Shown in pieces: positions 37,980-50,175 of a stretch of 64,000 bases of DNA. The translations under genes and the position numbers were made by a program. Origin of the DNA: Eledone cirrhosa (taxonomy: Eukaryota); contig OZ024757.1 of NCBI GenBank assembly GCA_964016885.1, forward strand, positions 43,586,001 through 43,650,000, read 5' to 3'. The notes beneath the pieces are model-generated. The model did no database searches and was not told where the DNA came from. It was given only the letters and a program-made list of their open reading frames with translations. Each line of letters opens with the position of its first letter. Position 1 is the first letter of the stretch.

Positions 37980-38350
37980 ATTCTTCTTTTTCTTCTTCGC
38001 CCACTTATTCCTGAGAGGTTCGTGGGAGCAGAATCCTCAAAAACTTCATCCAGCAGATCTTGTAAAAAGCAACCACTTTCAACTGATCCAGCTGGATTCC
38101 CAAGCGAGACCACCTGAACTCTCAGCTATTATCCAACCAACCATCTTGCTTGACATCTACCCCTCGCTCCCCCACTGATTTGTTTTGCCTATAAAATCTG
38201 TCCAGCAATTCTTTCCTGAGATATTCTTACCACATGTCTATAGTATCAGAACTGTGATCTCTCAATTTGGAGAATTTGCTGCTCTACCTGGAGTGACTCC
38301 CTGATCTCAAAGCTACACACTCTATCAAGTAATGTTACTCCAAAGACCCT
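37980..38350 (-). mobile_element. Old RTE-type LINE 3' fragment (uninterrupted relative of 75-1600)
   Basis: Colinear similarity, e.g. CTCTACCTGGAGTGACTC and GTAATGTTACTCCAAAGACCCTT. Confidence 0.7.
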
Positions 38351-39810
38351 TCAGAGGAACCCCATTTCAGCCGCTTATATTTGCGATCATATTCTTTCGG
38401 TCATTACTATTGACTTAATGAATAATATTCTAAAGAATTATAAAATAGTGAGAAATCTTCAAAATTTCTCTTGAATCCATGTTGCTAGGATTCATAACTT
38501 TACAAGTTTTTCCCAGCAACAATTTCTTATGTAAGGAATTCAACAAAAATATGTCTGATTTGGGGAAACAATAGAATAATAATTTCACAATGTATTCAAC
38601 TTTCTCTTTGATCAATTTGATCAAATGTCAAATTGACGCCTAAATTCTAGAGGAAATGGGTTGATGCTTTACCTATGGCCAACATCGGTAGCCTACTTAA
38701 TCAGGATGAGCTCCACAGCATCATTGACACTCAGAGTGGGAGCTAATATCTGTGAGGGATTGAAAGGATGTTGTAGTAGGTCTGTTTGCCATCACAGGTC
38801 TTCATGGGTTGTCTTGCCACCCGATTGCAGGTCGCTTCACTTACCATACCTAGCCAAATCTAATTATCTAGCAGACCCTGGCCCCAATGCCTCCTTAATT
38901 CTGTAGTCAACCAGATTGTCCAGGGTTGATGAGAAAAACCAGATTGTTTTACTCTTTGTCTCTGGGCAAGGGGTAGATGTTTCATTTGGGACGCCACTGT
39001 CAGTGATTCTTTCACTACTTCTCACATCCTGGTTACTGTGGTAAATGTGAAGGTCACTGTTTCTGTAGCCAAACAGAATAAAATGATAAAATACCAGGAA
39101 TTATCATGTTATTGATCGCATTACAAACAAAATTCTCTACAACCTCCCACCCATTAGCCATACCATCTGTATCAGGCATCTTCAACTTGCAGGTCATGTC
39201 ATGAGAGGCAACGAACCTGCTACAAAACCGTTACTATGAGAGTCCACTAATGTGAAACATTAGGGCGAGGGGCTAGTAGTGGTGGTGGTAGTAGTAGTAG
39301 AAGGAGGAGGATTTATCAACAAACTATTTTTTCAGGTGGGGAGGGAGGGGGGGGGGGGGGGGGGGGGGCTGATCAACTAACAACAAAGTACATGTCATTG
39401 TTGGTGGCTGATGAGAATTATAGTAAGGTACCAGGTGAGAGCTATGAGAATGCTTGGTCATTCCAACACCGTAGCATTGCTATCATCAATGGTAATGCTG
39501 CCTGCGTATTGACTTGCCTATGGATCGGTAGAGCATCAGACACAATGCTTTACAGCAAAGAGCTATGGCACTTTATGTTATGAGTTCAAATCCCACCGAG
39601 CTTAACTTTGTCTTTCAAGCACCAGTAATGCACTGGGGTAATTGTTGGCCTTGTCCTAAAAGTAGAAACAATTGATAGAGAGAAACTCTAGTGCCCTTTG
39701 TTGTGTGTGATGTGTGATTGATGGTGTAGGGAGTTCGCTAACCCCCACCCCGAACTTTTAAACATTTTACAACATAAGAAATATATGTTAAGTTTAAAAG
39801 CAACGCACAC

Positions 39811-39841
<31 letters not shown>

Positions 39842-39889
39842 CTAGGGCGGGTAAAATTCCTGAGATCCATGGACGAGTTCTCTCTAGCG

Positions 39890-42800
39890 GTCTCTGTCCT
39901 TCATCATCGCTGCCATGTCCTGTGTCTCCCAGAGACCAGTGTCTGTCCTTCATCATCGCTGCCATGTCCTGTGTCTCCCAGAGACCAGTCTCTGTCCTTC
40001 ATCATCGCTGCCATGTCCTGTGTCTCCCAGAGACCAGTGTCTGTCTTTCATCATCGCTGCCATGTCCTGTGTCTCCCAGAGACCAGTGTCTGTCCTTCAT
40101 CATCGCTGCCATGTCCTGTGTCTCCCAGAGACCAGTCTCTGTCCTTCATCATCGCTGCCATGTCCTGTGTCTCCCAGAGACCAGTGTCTGTCTTTCATCA
40201 TCGCTGCCATGTCCTGTGTCTCCCAGAGACCAGTGTCTGTCCTTCATCATCGCTGCCATGTCCTGTGTCTCCCAGAGACCAGTGTCTGTCCTTCATCATT
40301 GCTGCCATGTCCTGTGTCTCCCAGAGACCAGTGTCTGTCTTTCATCATCGCTGCCATGTCCTGTGTCTCCCAGAGACCAGTGTCTGTCCTTCATCATTGC
40401 TGCCATGTCCTGTGTCTCCCAGAGACCAGTGTCTGTCTTTCATCATCGCTGCCATGTCCTGTGTCTCCCAGAGACCAGTGTCTGTCCTTCATCATTGCTG
40501 CCATGTCCTGTGTCTCCCAGAGACCAGTGTCTGTCTTTCATCATCGCTGCCATGTCCTGTGTCTCCCAGAGACCAGTCTCTGTCCTTCATCATCGCTGCC
40601 ATGTCCTGTGTCTCCCAGAGACCAGTGTCTGTCTTTCATCATCGCTGCCATGTCCTGTGTCTCCCAGAGACCAGTGTCTGTCCTTCATCATCGCTGCCAT
40701 GTCCTGTGTCTCCCAGAGACCAGTGTCTGTCCTTCATCATTGCTGCCATGTCCTGTGTCTCCCAGAGACCAGTGTCTGTCTTTCATCATCGCTGCCATGT
40801 CCTGTGTCTCCCAGAGACCAGTGTCTGTCCTTCATCATCGCTGCCATGTCCTGTGTCTCCCAGAGACCAGTGTCTGTCCATCATCGCTGCCATGTCCTGT
40901 GTCTCCCAGAGACCAGTGTCTGTCCTTCATCATCGCTGCCATGTCCTGTGTCTCCCAGAGACCAGTGTCTGTCCTTCATCATCGCTGCCATGTCCTGTGT
41001 CTCCCAGAGACCAGTGTCTGTCTTTCATCATCGCTGCCATGTCCTGTGTCTCCCAGAGACCAGTGTCTGTCTTTCATCATCGCTGCCATGTCCTGTGTCT
41101 CCCAGAGACCAGTGTCTGTCCTTCATCATCGCTGCCATGTCCTGTGTCTCCCAGAGACCAGTGTCTGTCCTTCATCATCGCTGCCATGTCCTGTGTCTCC
41201 CAGAGACCAGTGTCTGTCCTTCATCATCGCTGCCATGTCCTGTGTCTCCCAGAGACCAGTGTCTGTCCTTCATCATCGCTGCCATGTCCTGTGTCTCCCA
41301 GAGACCAGTGTCTGTCCTTCATCATTGCTGCCATGTCCTGTGTCTCCCAGAGACCAGTGTCTGTCCTTCATCATCGCTGCCATGTCCTGTGTCTCCCAGA
41401 GACCAGTGTCTGTCCTTCATCATCGCCGCCATGTCCTGTGTCTCCCAGAGACCAGTGTCTGTCCTTCATCATCGCTGCCATGTCCTGTGTCTCCCAGAGA
41501 CCAGTGTCTGTCCTTCATCATTGCTGCCATGTCCTGTGTCTCCCAGAGACCAGTGTCTGTCCTTCATCATTGCTGCCATGTCCTGTGTCTCCCAGAGACC
41601 AGTGTCTGTCCTTCATCATCGCCGCCATGTCCTGTGTCTCCCAGAGACCAGTGTCTGTCCTTCATCATTGCTGCCATGTCCTGTGTCTCCCAGAGACCAG
41701 TGTCTGTCTTTCATCATCGCTGCCATGTCCTGTGTCTCCCAGAGACCAGTGTCTGTCTTTCATCATCGCTGCCATGTCCTGTGTCTCCCAGAGACCAGTG
41801 TCTGTCCTTCATCATCGCTGCCATGTCCTGTGTCTCCCAGAGACCAGTGTCTGTCCTTCATCATCGCTGCCATGTCCTGTGTCTCCCAGAGACCAGTGTC
41901 TGTCCTTCATCATCGCTGCCATGTCCTGTGTCTCCCAGAGACCAGTGTCTGTCCTTCATCATCGCTGCCATGTCCTGTGTCTCCCAGAGACCAGTGTCTG
42001 TCCTTCATCATTGCTGCCATGTCCTGTGTCTCCCAGAGACCAGTGTCTGTCTTTCATCATCGCTGCCATGTCCTGTGTCTCCCAGAGACCAGTGTCTGTC
42101 TTTCATCATCGCTGCCATGTCCTGTGTCTCCCAGAGACCAGTGTCTGTCCTTCATCATCGCTGCCATGTCCTGTGTCTCCCAGAGACCAGTGTCTGTCTT
42201 TCATCATCGCTGCCATGTCCTGTGTCTCCCAGAGACCAGTGTCTGTCTTTCATCATCGCTGCCATGTCCTGTGTCTCCCAGAGACCAGTGTCTGTCCTTC
42301 ATCATCGCTGCCATGTCCTGTGTCTCCCAGAGACCAGTGTCTGTCCATCATCGCTGCCATGTCCTGTGTCTCCCAGAGACCAGTGTCTGTCCTTCATCAT
42401 TGCTGCCATGTCCTGTGTCTCCCAGAGACCAGTGTCTGTCTTTCATCATCGCTGCCATGTCCTGTGTCTCCCAGAGACCAGTGTCTGTCTTTCATCATCG
42501 CTGCCATGTCCTGTGTCTCCCAGAGACCAGTGTCTGTCCTTCATCATCGCTGCCATGTCCTGTGTCTCCCAGAGACCAGTGTCTGTCTTTCATCATCGCT
42601 GCCATGTCCTGTGTCTCCCAGAGACCAGTGTCTGTCCATCATCGCTGCCATGTCCTGTGTCTCCCAGAGACCAGTGTCTGTCCATCATCGCTGCCATGTC
42701 CTGTGTCTCCCAGAGACCAGTGTCTGTCCTTCATCATCGCTGCCATGTCCTGTGTCTCCCAGAGACCAGTGTCTGTCCTTCATCATTGCTGCCATGTCCT

Positions 42801-44440
42801 GTGTCTCCCAGAGACCAGTGTCTGTCCATCATCGCTGCCATGTCCTGTGTCTCCCAGAGACCAGTGTCTGTCCTTCATCATCGCTGCCATGTCCTGTGTC
42901 TCCCAGAGACCAGTGTCTGTCCTTCATCATCGCTGCCATGTCCTGTGTCTCCCAGAGACCAGTGTCTGTCCTTCATCATCGCTGCCATGTCCTGTGTCTC
43001 CCAGAGACCAGTGTCTGTCCATCATCGCTGCCATGTCCTGTGTCTCCCAGAGACCAGTGTCTGTCCTTCATCATCGCTGCCATGTCCTGTGTCTCCCAGA
43101 GACCAGTGTCTGTCCTTCATCATTGCTGCCATGTCCTGTGTCTCCCAGAGACCAGTGTCTGTCCTTCATCATCGCTGCCATGTCCTGTGTCTCCCAGAGA
43201 CCAGTGTCTGTCCTTCATCATCGCTGCCATGTCCTGTGTCTCCCAGAGACCAGTGTCTGTCCTTCATCATTGCTGCCATGTCCTGTGTCTCCCAGAGACC
43301 AGTGTCTGTCTTTCATCATCGCTGCCATGTCCTGTGTCTCCCAGAGACCAGTGTCTGTCCTTCATCATCGCTGCCATGTCCTGTGTCTCCCAGAGACCAG
43401 TGTCTGTCCTTCATCATCGCTGCCATGTCCTGTGTCTCCCAGAGACCAGTGTCTGTCCTTCATCATCGCTGCCATGTCCTGTGTCTCCCAGAGACCAGTG
43501 TCTGTCCTTCATCATCGCTGCCATGTCCTGTGTCTCCCAGAGACCAGTGTCTGTCCTTCATCATCGCTGCCATGTCCTGTGTCTCCCAGAGACCAGTGTC
43601 TGTCTTTCATCATCGCTGCCATGTCCTGTGTCTCCCAGAGACCAGTGTCTGTCCTTCATCATCGCTGCCATGTCCTGTGTCTCCCAGAGACCAGTGTCTG
43701 TCCTTTATCATCGCTGCCATGTCCTGTGTCTCCCAGAGACCAGTGTCTGTCTTTCATCATCGCTGCCATGTCCTGTGTCTCCCAGAGACCAGTGTCTGTC
43801 CTTCATCATCGCTGCCATGTCCTGTGTCTCCCAGAGACCAGTGTCTGTCCTTCATCATCGCTGCCATGTCCTGTGTCTCCCAGAGACCAGTGTCTGTCTT
43901 TCATCATCGCTGCCATGTCCTGTGTCTCCCAGAGACCAGTGTCTGTCCTTCATCATCGCTGCCATGTCCTGTGTCTCCCAGAGACCAGTGGCTGTCCTTC
44001 ATCATCGCTGCCATGTCCTGTGTCTCCCAGAGACCAGTGTCTGTCCTTCATCATTGCTGCCATGTCCTGTGTCTCCCAGAGACCAGTGTCTGTCCTTCAT
44101 CATCGCTGCCATGTCCTGTGTCTCCCAGAGACCAGTGTCTGTCCTTCATCATCGCTGCCATGTCCTGTGTCTCCCAGAGACCAGTGTCTGTCCTTCATCA
44201 TCGCTGCCATGTCCTGTGTCTCCCAGAGACCAGTGTCTGTCCTTCATCATTGCTGCCATGTCCTGTGTCTCCCAGAGACCAGTGTCTGTCTTTCATCATC
44301 GCTGCCATGTCCTGTGTCTCCCAGAGACCAGTCTCTGTCCTTCATCATCGCTGCCATGTCCTGTGTCTCCCAGAGACCAGTGTCTGTCTTTCATCATCGC
44401 TGCCATGTCCTGTGTCTCCCAGAGACCAGTGTCTGTCCTT
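39890..44440. repeat. 49-bp tandem satellite, about 93 copies (GTCTGTCCTTCATCATCGCTGCCATGTCCTGTGTCTCCCAGAGACCAGT)
   Basis: Highly homogeneous array with a few recurrent SNPs and a 3-bp deletion variant; embedded in a LINE remnant at 39841-44480. Confidence 0.98.
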
Positions 44441-44596
44441 AGGGTATCAATATATGTCAACCTCCGTCTCCCTCTTCAGCTATAAACAGGCTTCGTATTT
44501 TTTTTTACAAAACCGTTTATACAAAAACAAGACACACTATTAAAGGGAATAAAAGATGAAAAAAGAGTCAAGTAAGGCAAAAAAAGAGAGAAGGGC

Positions 44597-45092
44597 AGCG
44601 ACAGAAACTACACCCCAGTTGACTGTACCTTAGGGGGAGCGACAGAAACTACACCCCAGTTGACCGTAGGGGGAGCGACAGAAACTACACCCCAGTTGAC
44701 CTTAGGGGGAGCGACAGAAACTACACCCCAGTTGACCGTAGGGGGAGCGACAGAAACTTCACCCCAGTTGACTGTACCTTAGGGGGAGCGACAGAAACTA
44801 CACCCCAGTTGACCGTAGGGGGAGCAACAGAAACTACACCCCAGTTGACCGTAGGGGGAGCGACAGAAACTACATCCCAGTTGACTGTACCTTAGGGGGA
44901 GCGACAGAAACTTCACCCCAGTTGACTGTACCTTAGGGGGAGCGACAGAAACTTCACCCCAGTTGACTGTACCTTAGGGGGAGCGACAGAAACTTCACCC
45001 CAGTTGACTGTACCTTAGGGGGAGCGACAGAAACTTCACCCCAGTTGACTGTACCTTAGGGGGAGCGACAGAAACTTCACCCCAGTTGACCG
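44597..45092. repeat. 36/41-bp minisatellite (GGGGGAGCGACAGAAACTWCACCCCAGTTGAC...), about 13 copies
   Basis: Direct tandem repeats. Confidence 0.95.
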
Positions 45093-45324
45093 TATCTTCT
45101 AAACTCTCTAAATTTGTTTATTCATTTGTTTGGCATGCCAGCTCAGCTCAACCTTTGTAATCGGTTTGTAAATAAATTATGTAAAAACACTGTAAAGTCT
45201 TGTGATGCTATTAGCACAGCCATAGCCTTACACACACACACACTAGCACAGTCATAGCCTTACACACACACACACACTAGCACAGCCATAGCCTTTACAT
45301 GTGATATGGAAAGACTCAGCCATA

Positions 45325-45858
45325 GCCTTTACATGTTAGCACAGCTTTACATGTTAGCACAGCTTTACATGTTAGCACAGCCTTACATGTTAGCACAGCT
45401 TTACATGTTAGCACAGCTTTACATGTTAGCACAGCTTTACATGTTAGCACAGCTTTACATGTTAGCACAGCTTTACATGTTAGCACAGCTTTACATGTTA
45501 GCACAGCTTTACATGTTAGCACAGCTTTACATGTTAGCACAGCTTTACATGTTAGCACAGCTTTACATGTTAGCACAACCTTACATGTTAGCACAGCTTT
45601 ACATGTTAGCACAGCCTTACATGTTAGCACAGCTTTACATGTTAGCACAGCTTTACATGTTAGCACAGCTTTACATGTTAGCACAGCCTTACATGTTAGC
45701 ACAGCTTTACATGTTAGCACAGCTTTACATGTTAGCACAGCTTTACATGTTAGCACAGCTTTACATGTTAGCACAGCTTTACATGTTAGCACAGCTTTAC
45801 ATGTTAGCACAGCCTTACATGTTAGCACAGCTTTACATGTTAGCACAGCTTTACATGT
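45325..45858. repeat. 18-bp minisatellite (TTTACATGTTAGCACAGC), about 29 copies
   Basis: Direct tandem repeats; source of the MLAQLY/TCKAVL pseudo-ORFs. Confidence 0.96.
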
Positions 45859-45973
45859 GATATGGAAAGATTGTTTCCAGAGTGATGACAGCAACAACTT
45901 CACACTTACAGCCGAACCTCAATTCAACTTACATTTATTGATATAACAAACCATACCTTATTATTGTAATTAA

Positions 45974-46330
45974 GGGCGGTGGATTGGTGGTATGGGTAGA
46001 GGGTCGGGCGGTGGATTGGCGGTATGGGTAGAGGGTCGGGCGGTGGATTGGCGGTATGGGTAGAGGGTCGGGCGGTGGATTGGTGGTATGGGTAGAGGGT
46101 CGGGCGGTGGATTGGCGGTATGGGTAGAGGGTCGGGCGGTGGATTGGCAGTATGGGTAGAGGGCCGGGCGGTGGATTGGCAGTAGAGGGTCGGGCGGTGG
46201 ATTGGTGGTATGGGTAGAGGGTCGGGCGGTGGATTGGTGGTATGGGTAGAGGGTCGGGCGGTGGATTGGCGGTATGGGTAGAGGGTCGGGCGCCATGCTT
46301 TGCAGCATAGAGTTACGGCCCACGGCCCTT
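45974..46330 (+). repeat. 32-bp G-rich minisatellite (about 10 copies) derived from a Meta-type SINE head
   Basis: Unit GGGCGGTGGATTGGCGGTATGGGTAGAGGGTC. The array runs on into GCCATGCTTT.CAGCATAG.TTACG, as in the SINE at 13735. Confidence 0.9.
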
Positions 46331-46475
46331 ATATATATTATTATTACATGGCATCATATTATTTAACAGCTAAACTGGTGACTATTAAATTATCTGCTAT
46401 ATTGGTGACCTTGGTGACCTTGGTGACCTGTGTTCATACAAATATAAATAAATATTCTCACCACAAGAAATCGCT

Positions 46476-46910
46476 AGTCTGTTATATTTACCCCATGCCT
46501 CCCAGTAGGGGTAACTAGAGAGTAAGTCTGTTATACTTACCCCATGCCTCCCAGTAGGGGTAACTAGAGAGTAAAGTCTGTTATACTTACCCCATGCCTC
46601 CCAGTAGGGGTAACTAGAGAGTAAAGTCTGTTATACTTACCTCATGCCTCCCAGTAGGGGTAACTAGAGAGTAAAGTCTGTTATACTTACCCCATGCCTC
46701 CCAGTAGGGGTAACTAGAGAGTAAAGTCTGTTATACTTACCCCATGCCTCCCAGTAGGGGTAACTAGAGAGTAAAGTCTGTTATACTTACCCCATGCCTC
46801 TCTCTAGGGGTAACTAGAGAGTAAAGTCTGTTATACTTACCTCATGCCTCCCAGTAGGGGTAACTAGAGAGTAAAGTCTGTTATACTTACCTCATGCCTC
46901 CCAGTAGGGG
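46476..46910 (-). repeat. 50-bp tandem repeat, 9 copies, spanning the UBXN11 exon 1/intron 1 junction
   Basis: Unit on minus strand: CCCCTACTGGGAGGCATGRG|GTAAGTATAACAGACTTTACTCTCTAGTTA. Confidence 0.95.
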
Positions 46911-46952
46911 CAGCTTGCTGTATCTCCTCAGGCTAGAGAGTGGTGAACTCAT
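46891..46952 (-). CDS. UBXN11: UBXN11 coding exon 1 (MSSPLSSLRRYSKLPLLGGM/R)
   Basis: ATG at 46952. The peptide resembles the vertebrate UBXN11 N-terminus (MSSPLASL...KVPLP). Ends in phase 2 at a consensus donor GAG|GTAAGTAT. Confidence 0.88.
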
Positions 46953-47225
46953 TCTCACCGGATTTGTCCAACATTTTATATTTTTCCGCTAAATTCCCGC
47001 TTAAAAAACTGTTTCGTGCAACAGCGCCCCCTTTCTTCACAAATATCCGCAGGTTGTCAAGGACGCCATGCAACAGCGCCCCCTTTCTTCACAAACATCG
47101 GCAGGTTGTCAAGGACGCCATGCAACAGCGCCCCCTTTCTTCAGGTTGTCAAGGACGCCATAGACAAAACAATAACATACCGGAACTTATACATCAAACT
47201 TCCGCTTGATGTTCTTACGCGTTCT
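46953..47225 (-). promoter_or_regulatory. Putative UBXN11 5'UTR/promoter with a ~52-bp unit repeated about 3 times
   Basis: CpG-containing island directly upstream of the ATG. Three CAGCGCCCCCT copies, three GACGCCAT (YY1-like) copies and ETS-like CCGGAA/CTTCCG sites. Confidence 0.55.
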
Positions 47226-47239
47226 AACGACTCTTTTAT

Positions 47240-48005
47240 TCTTTCCTACATCTCTCTCTCTCTCTCTCTCCCCCTCTCTCTCTCTCCCTCCCCCTCTCTC
47301 TCTCCTTCTCTCCCTCTCTCTCCTACATCTATCTCCTTCTCTCCCTCCCTCTCTCTCCTACATCTATCTCTCTGGCTCTTTCTGTTTTAGTCTCTCTCTG
47401 GCTCTCTCTCTCTCTCCCTCTCTCCCTCTCTTCTCTCTCCTACATCTATCTCTCTGGCTCTTTCTCTTTTAGTCCCTCTCTCTCTCCTACATCTATCTCC
47501 TTCTCTCCCTCCCTCTCTCTCCTACATCTATCTCTCTGGCTCTTTCTCTTTTAGTCTCTCTCTCTCTCCCTCCCTCTCTCTCCTTCTCTCTCCTACATCT
47601 ATCTCTCTGGTTCTTTCTATTTTAGTCTCTCTCTCTCTCCCTCCCTCTCTCTCCTTCTCTCTCCTACATCTATCTCTCTGGCTCTTTCTCTTTTAGTCTC
47701 TCTCTGGCTCTCTCTCTCTCTCCTTCTCTCTCCTACATCTATCTCTCTGGTTCTTTCTATTTTAGTCTCTCTCTCTCCCTCCCTCTCTCTCCTTCTCTCT
47801 CCTACATCTATCTCTCTGGCTCTTTTTTAGTCTCTCTCTCTCTTCTCTCTCCTACATCTATCTCTCTGGCTCTTTCTCTTTTAGTCTCTCTCTGGCTCTC
47901 TCTCTCTCCCTCCCCCTCTCTCTCTTCCCTACATCTATCTCTCTGGCTCTTTCTCTTTTAGTCTCCCCCCCTCTCTCTCTCTCTCCCTCCCTCTCTCTCT
48001 CTCTC
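47240..48005. repeat. CT-rich complex repeat
   Basis: Recurrent CCTACATCTATCTCTCTGGCTCTTTCTCTTTTAG units within (CT)n. Confidence 0.9.
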
Positions 48006-48099
48006 TTGCTCCTATAAGGTCATGTAATTCAGCATTGTGGCTTTCTCTAATATGTGAAAATAAAGGCTAGCTTTTAACTGACAAGTAATTAGATAGATA

Positions 48100-48600
48100 C
48101 AAAGCTAAATCTAACCTAAATCTAAGTTAATCTAAGCTAAATCTAGGCTAAATCTAAGCCAAATCGAAGCTAAATCTAAGCTAAATCTCACCTACATCTA
48201 AGCTAAATCTAACCTAAATCTTAGCTAAATCGAAGCTAATTCTAATCTAAATCTAAGCTAAATCTGAACCTAATCTCAGCTAAATCTGAGGTAAATTTTA
48301 GTTAAATCTAAGCTAAATCTTAGCTAAATCTAAGCTAAATAAAAGCTATATCTTAGCTAAATAAAAGCTATATCTTAGCTAAATCTAAGCTAAATGCTAT
48401 ATCTAAGCTAAATCTAGGGTAAATCTAAGCTACAGCTAAGCTAAATCAACACTAAATCTAAGTCAAATCTCAGCTAAATCTAACCTAAATATGAGCTAAA
48501 TGTATGGTAAATCTCGCCCAAATCTAATTTAAAACTAGGCTAAATCTAACCTAAATCTCATCTAAATCTAAGCCAAATCTCAGCTCAATTAATCTAATTA
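48100..48600. repeat. Degenerate 11-bp repeat (AAGCTAAATCT)n
   Basis: Direct periodicity. Confidence 0.85.
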
Positions 48601-48651
48601 TATCTTGTGTAACAATTATATATATATATATATATGTATATATATCACACG

Positions 48652-49238
48652 CTTACACCTCTCCAAGACAATGTCACTAGACCGAGACCTTTGGCGGTAC
48701 TCAGTAATAGAGAAGACCCGCCTTACCTAAATACAAAGTAAAAACCTACTACAGTCAGTAGGCATCTCTATCAAAACACACCCCCGTCCCACCACCTCCA
48801 CATCACCCACACCGCCCCTTTCAATGTAAAGTTATGTTGGTCCCACAACATCCAGGCCGAAACAAATGAGATCGTGTAGGTGTCACGACAAAAAACACAC
48901 AGTCCACGCTGTAAATGTGGTCGTGTAGGCAACACGGTAAAAACCTCCCAGCCCCACACTGTAAATGTGGTTGGTGTTAGGAAGGGCATCCAGCTGTAGA
49001 AAACCCGCCAGACAGTCCACGCTGTAATGTGGCCGTGTAGGCAACACGGTAAAAACCTCCCAGCCCCACACTGTAAATGTGGTTGGTGTTAGGAAGGGCA
49101 TCCAACTGTAGAAAACCCGCCAGACAGTCCTATGCGAGCAAGACAACCACTCTTGCCTCAAGTGGGAAAACCCCCGTCCAAACCCATGCAAGCGTGGAAC
49201 ACGGACGCTAAACCTGATGATGATGATGATGATGATGA

Positions 49239-49240
<2 letters not shown>
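48652..49240 (+). mobile_element. RTE subfamily B 3' end with an internal ~115-bp UTR duplication
   Basis: Reverse complement of 24660-25130; segment ACAGTCCACGCTG...GTAGAAAACCCGCCAG is present twice. Confidence 0.9.
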
Positions 49241-49271
<31 letters not shown>

Positions 49272-49274
<3 letters not shown>

Positions 49275-49614
49275 TCATCATTTTATCATCATCATCATTT
49301 TACGTCCGCTTTTCCCTGCTTGCAAGGGTGGGACGGGAACTGATTCTGGCTTGATTTCTACAGCCGGATGCCCTTCCTAACACCAACCTCATTTACAGTG
49401 AGTGCTGGGTGCTTTTTTGCTGTGGCACCTCCACGACCACTTTGCAGTGGTATGATATGGACCCCAGTCCCTATCATGTCATTTCTACAGCTGAGTAAAC
49501 TGGAGCAATGTGAAATAAAGTGTCTTGCTCAAGGAAACAACACATCACCCGGTCTGAGAATTGAACTCACAACCTTTCGATTGCAAGGCTCTAACCACTA
49601 AGCCATGTGCCTCC
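49272..49614 (-). mobile_element. Full-length CORE-type SINE with RTE tail
   Basis: Near-identical reverse complement of 27756-28098. Confidence 0.88.
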
Positions 49615-49779
49615 ATATATATATATACATACACACACACAATTTTCTATCCCCGACATCGGACTTGCACTGTCATATCTATTTTTGCTTTACAATTGTG
49701 TCTACTAGGAGTTCCATTACAGTCTGTGGTAGTAAAACTACTATTTCACCAGAACATCTGCTATCAGTCATTTATAGAC

Positions 49780-50175
49780 AGAGAAGACCCGCCTTGCCAG
49801 TAGGCATCTCTAACAAAATACACCCCGTCCCGCCACCACCCCCACCCCATCCACACCACCCCGTTCTATGTAAAGTTATGTTGGTGCCGCGCCATCCAGG
49901 CCGAAACAAATGAGATCGTGTAGGTGTCACGACAAAAAAACACACAGTCCACGCTGTAATGTGGCCGTGTAGGCAACACGGTAAAAACCTCCCAGACCCA
50001 CACTGTAAATGTGGTTGGTGTTAGGAAGGGCATCCAACTGTAGAAAACCTGCCAGACAGTCCTATGCGAGCAAGACAATCACTCTTGCCTCAAGTGGGAC
50101 TACCCCCGTCCAAACCCATGCAAGCGTGGAACACGGACGTTAAACGTTGATGATGATGATGATGATGATGATGAT
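49780..50175 (+). mobile_element. RTE subfamily B 3'UTR fragment
   Basis: Matches the 24660-25030 reverse complement; (GAT)n tail. Confidence 0.88.

Noticed and set aside
39785-44543. Three overlapping ~1500-aa Cys/His-rich ORFs
   Set aside because: A 49-bp unit lacking stops on the + strand leaves all three frames open with the same 49-aa repeat. The unit derives from a minus-strand LINE remnant and lies in an intron.
45306-45903. MLAQLY / TCKAVL repeat proteins
   Set aside because: Translation of an 18-bp minisatellite.
46531-46900. U1 snRNA pseudogene array (ATACTTACC)
   Set aside because: Similarity stops after about 9-10 nt; it is the reverse complement of the UBXN11 5' splice site.
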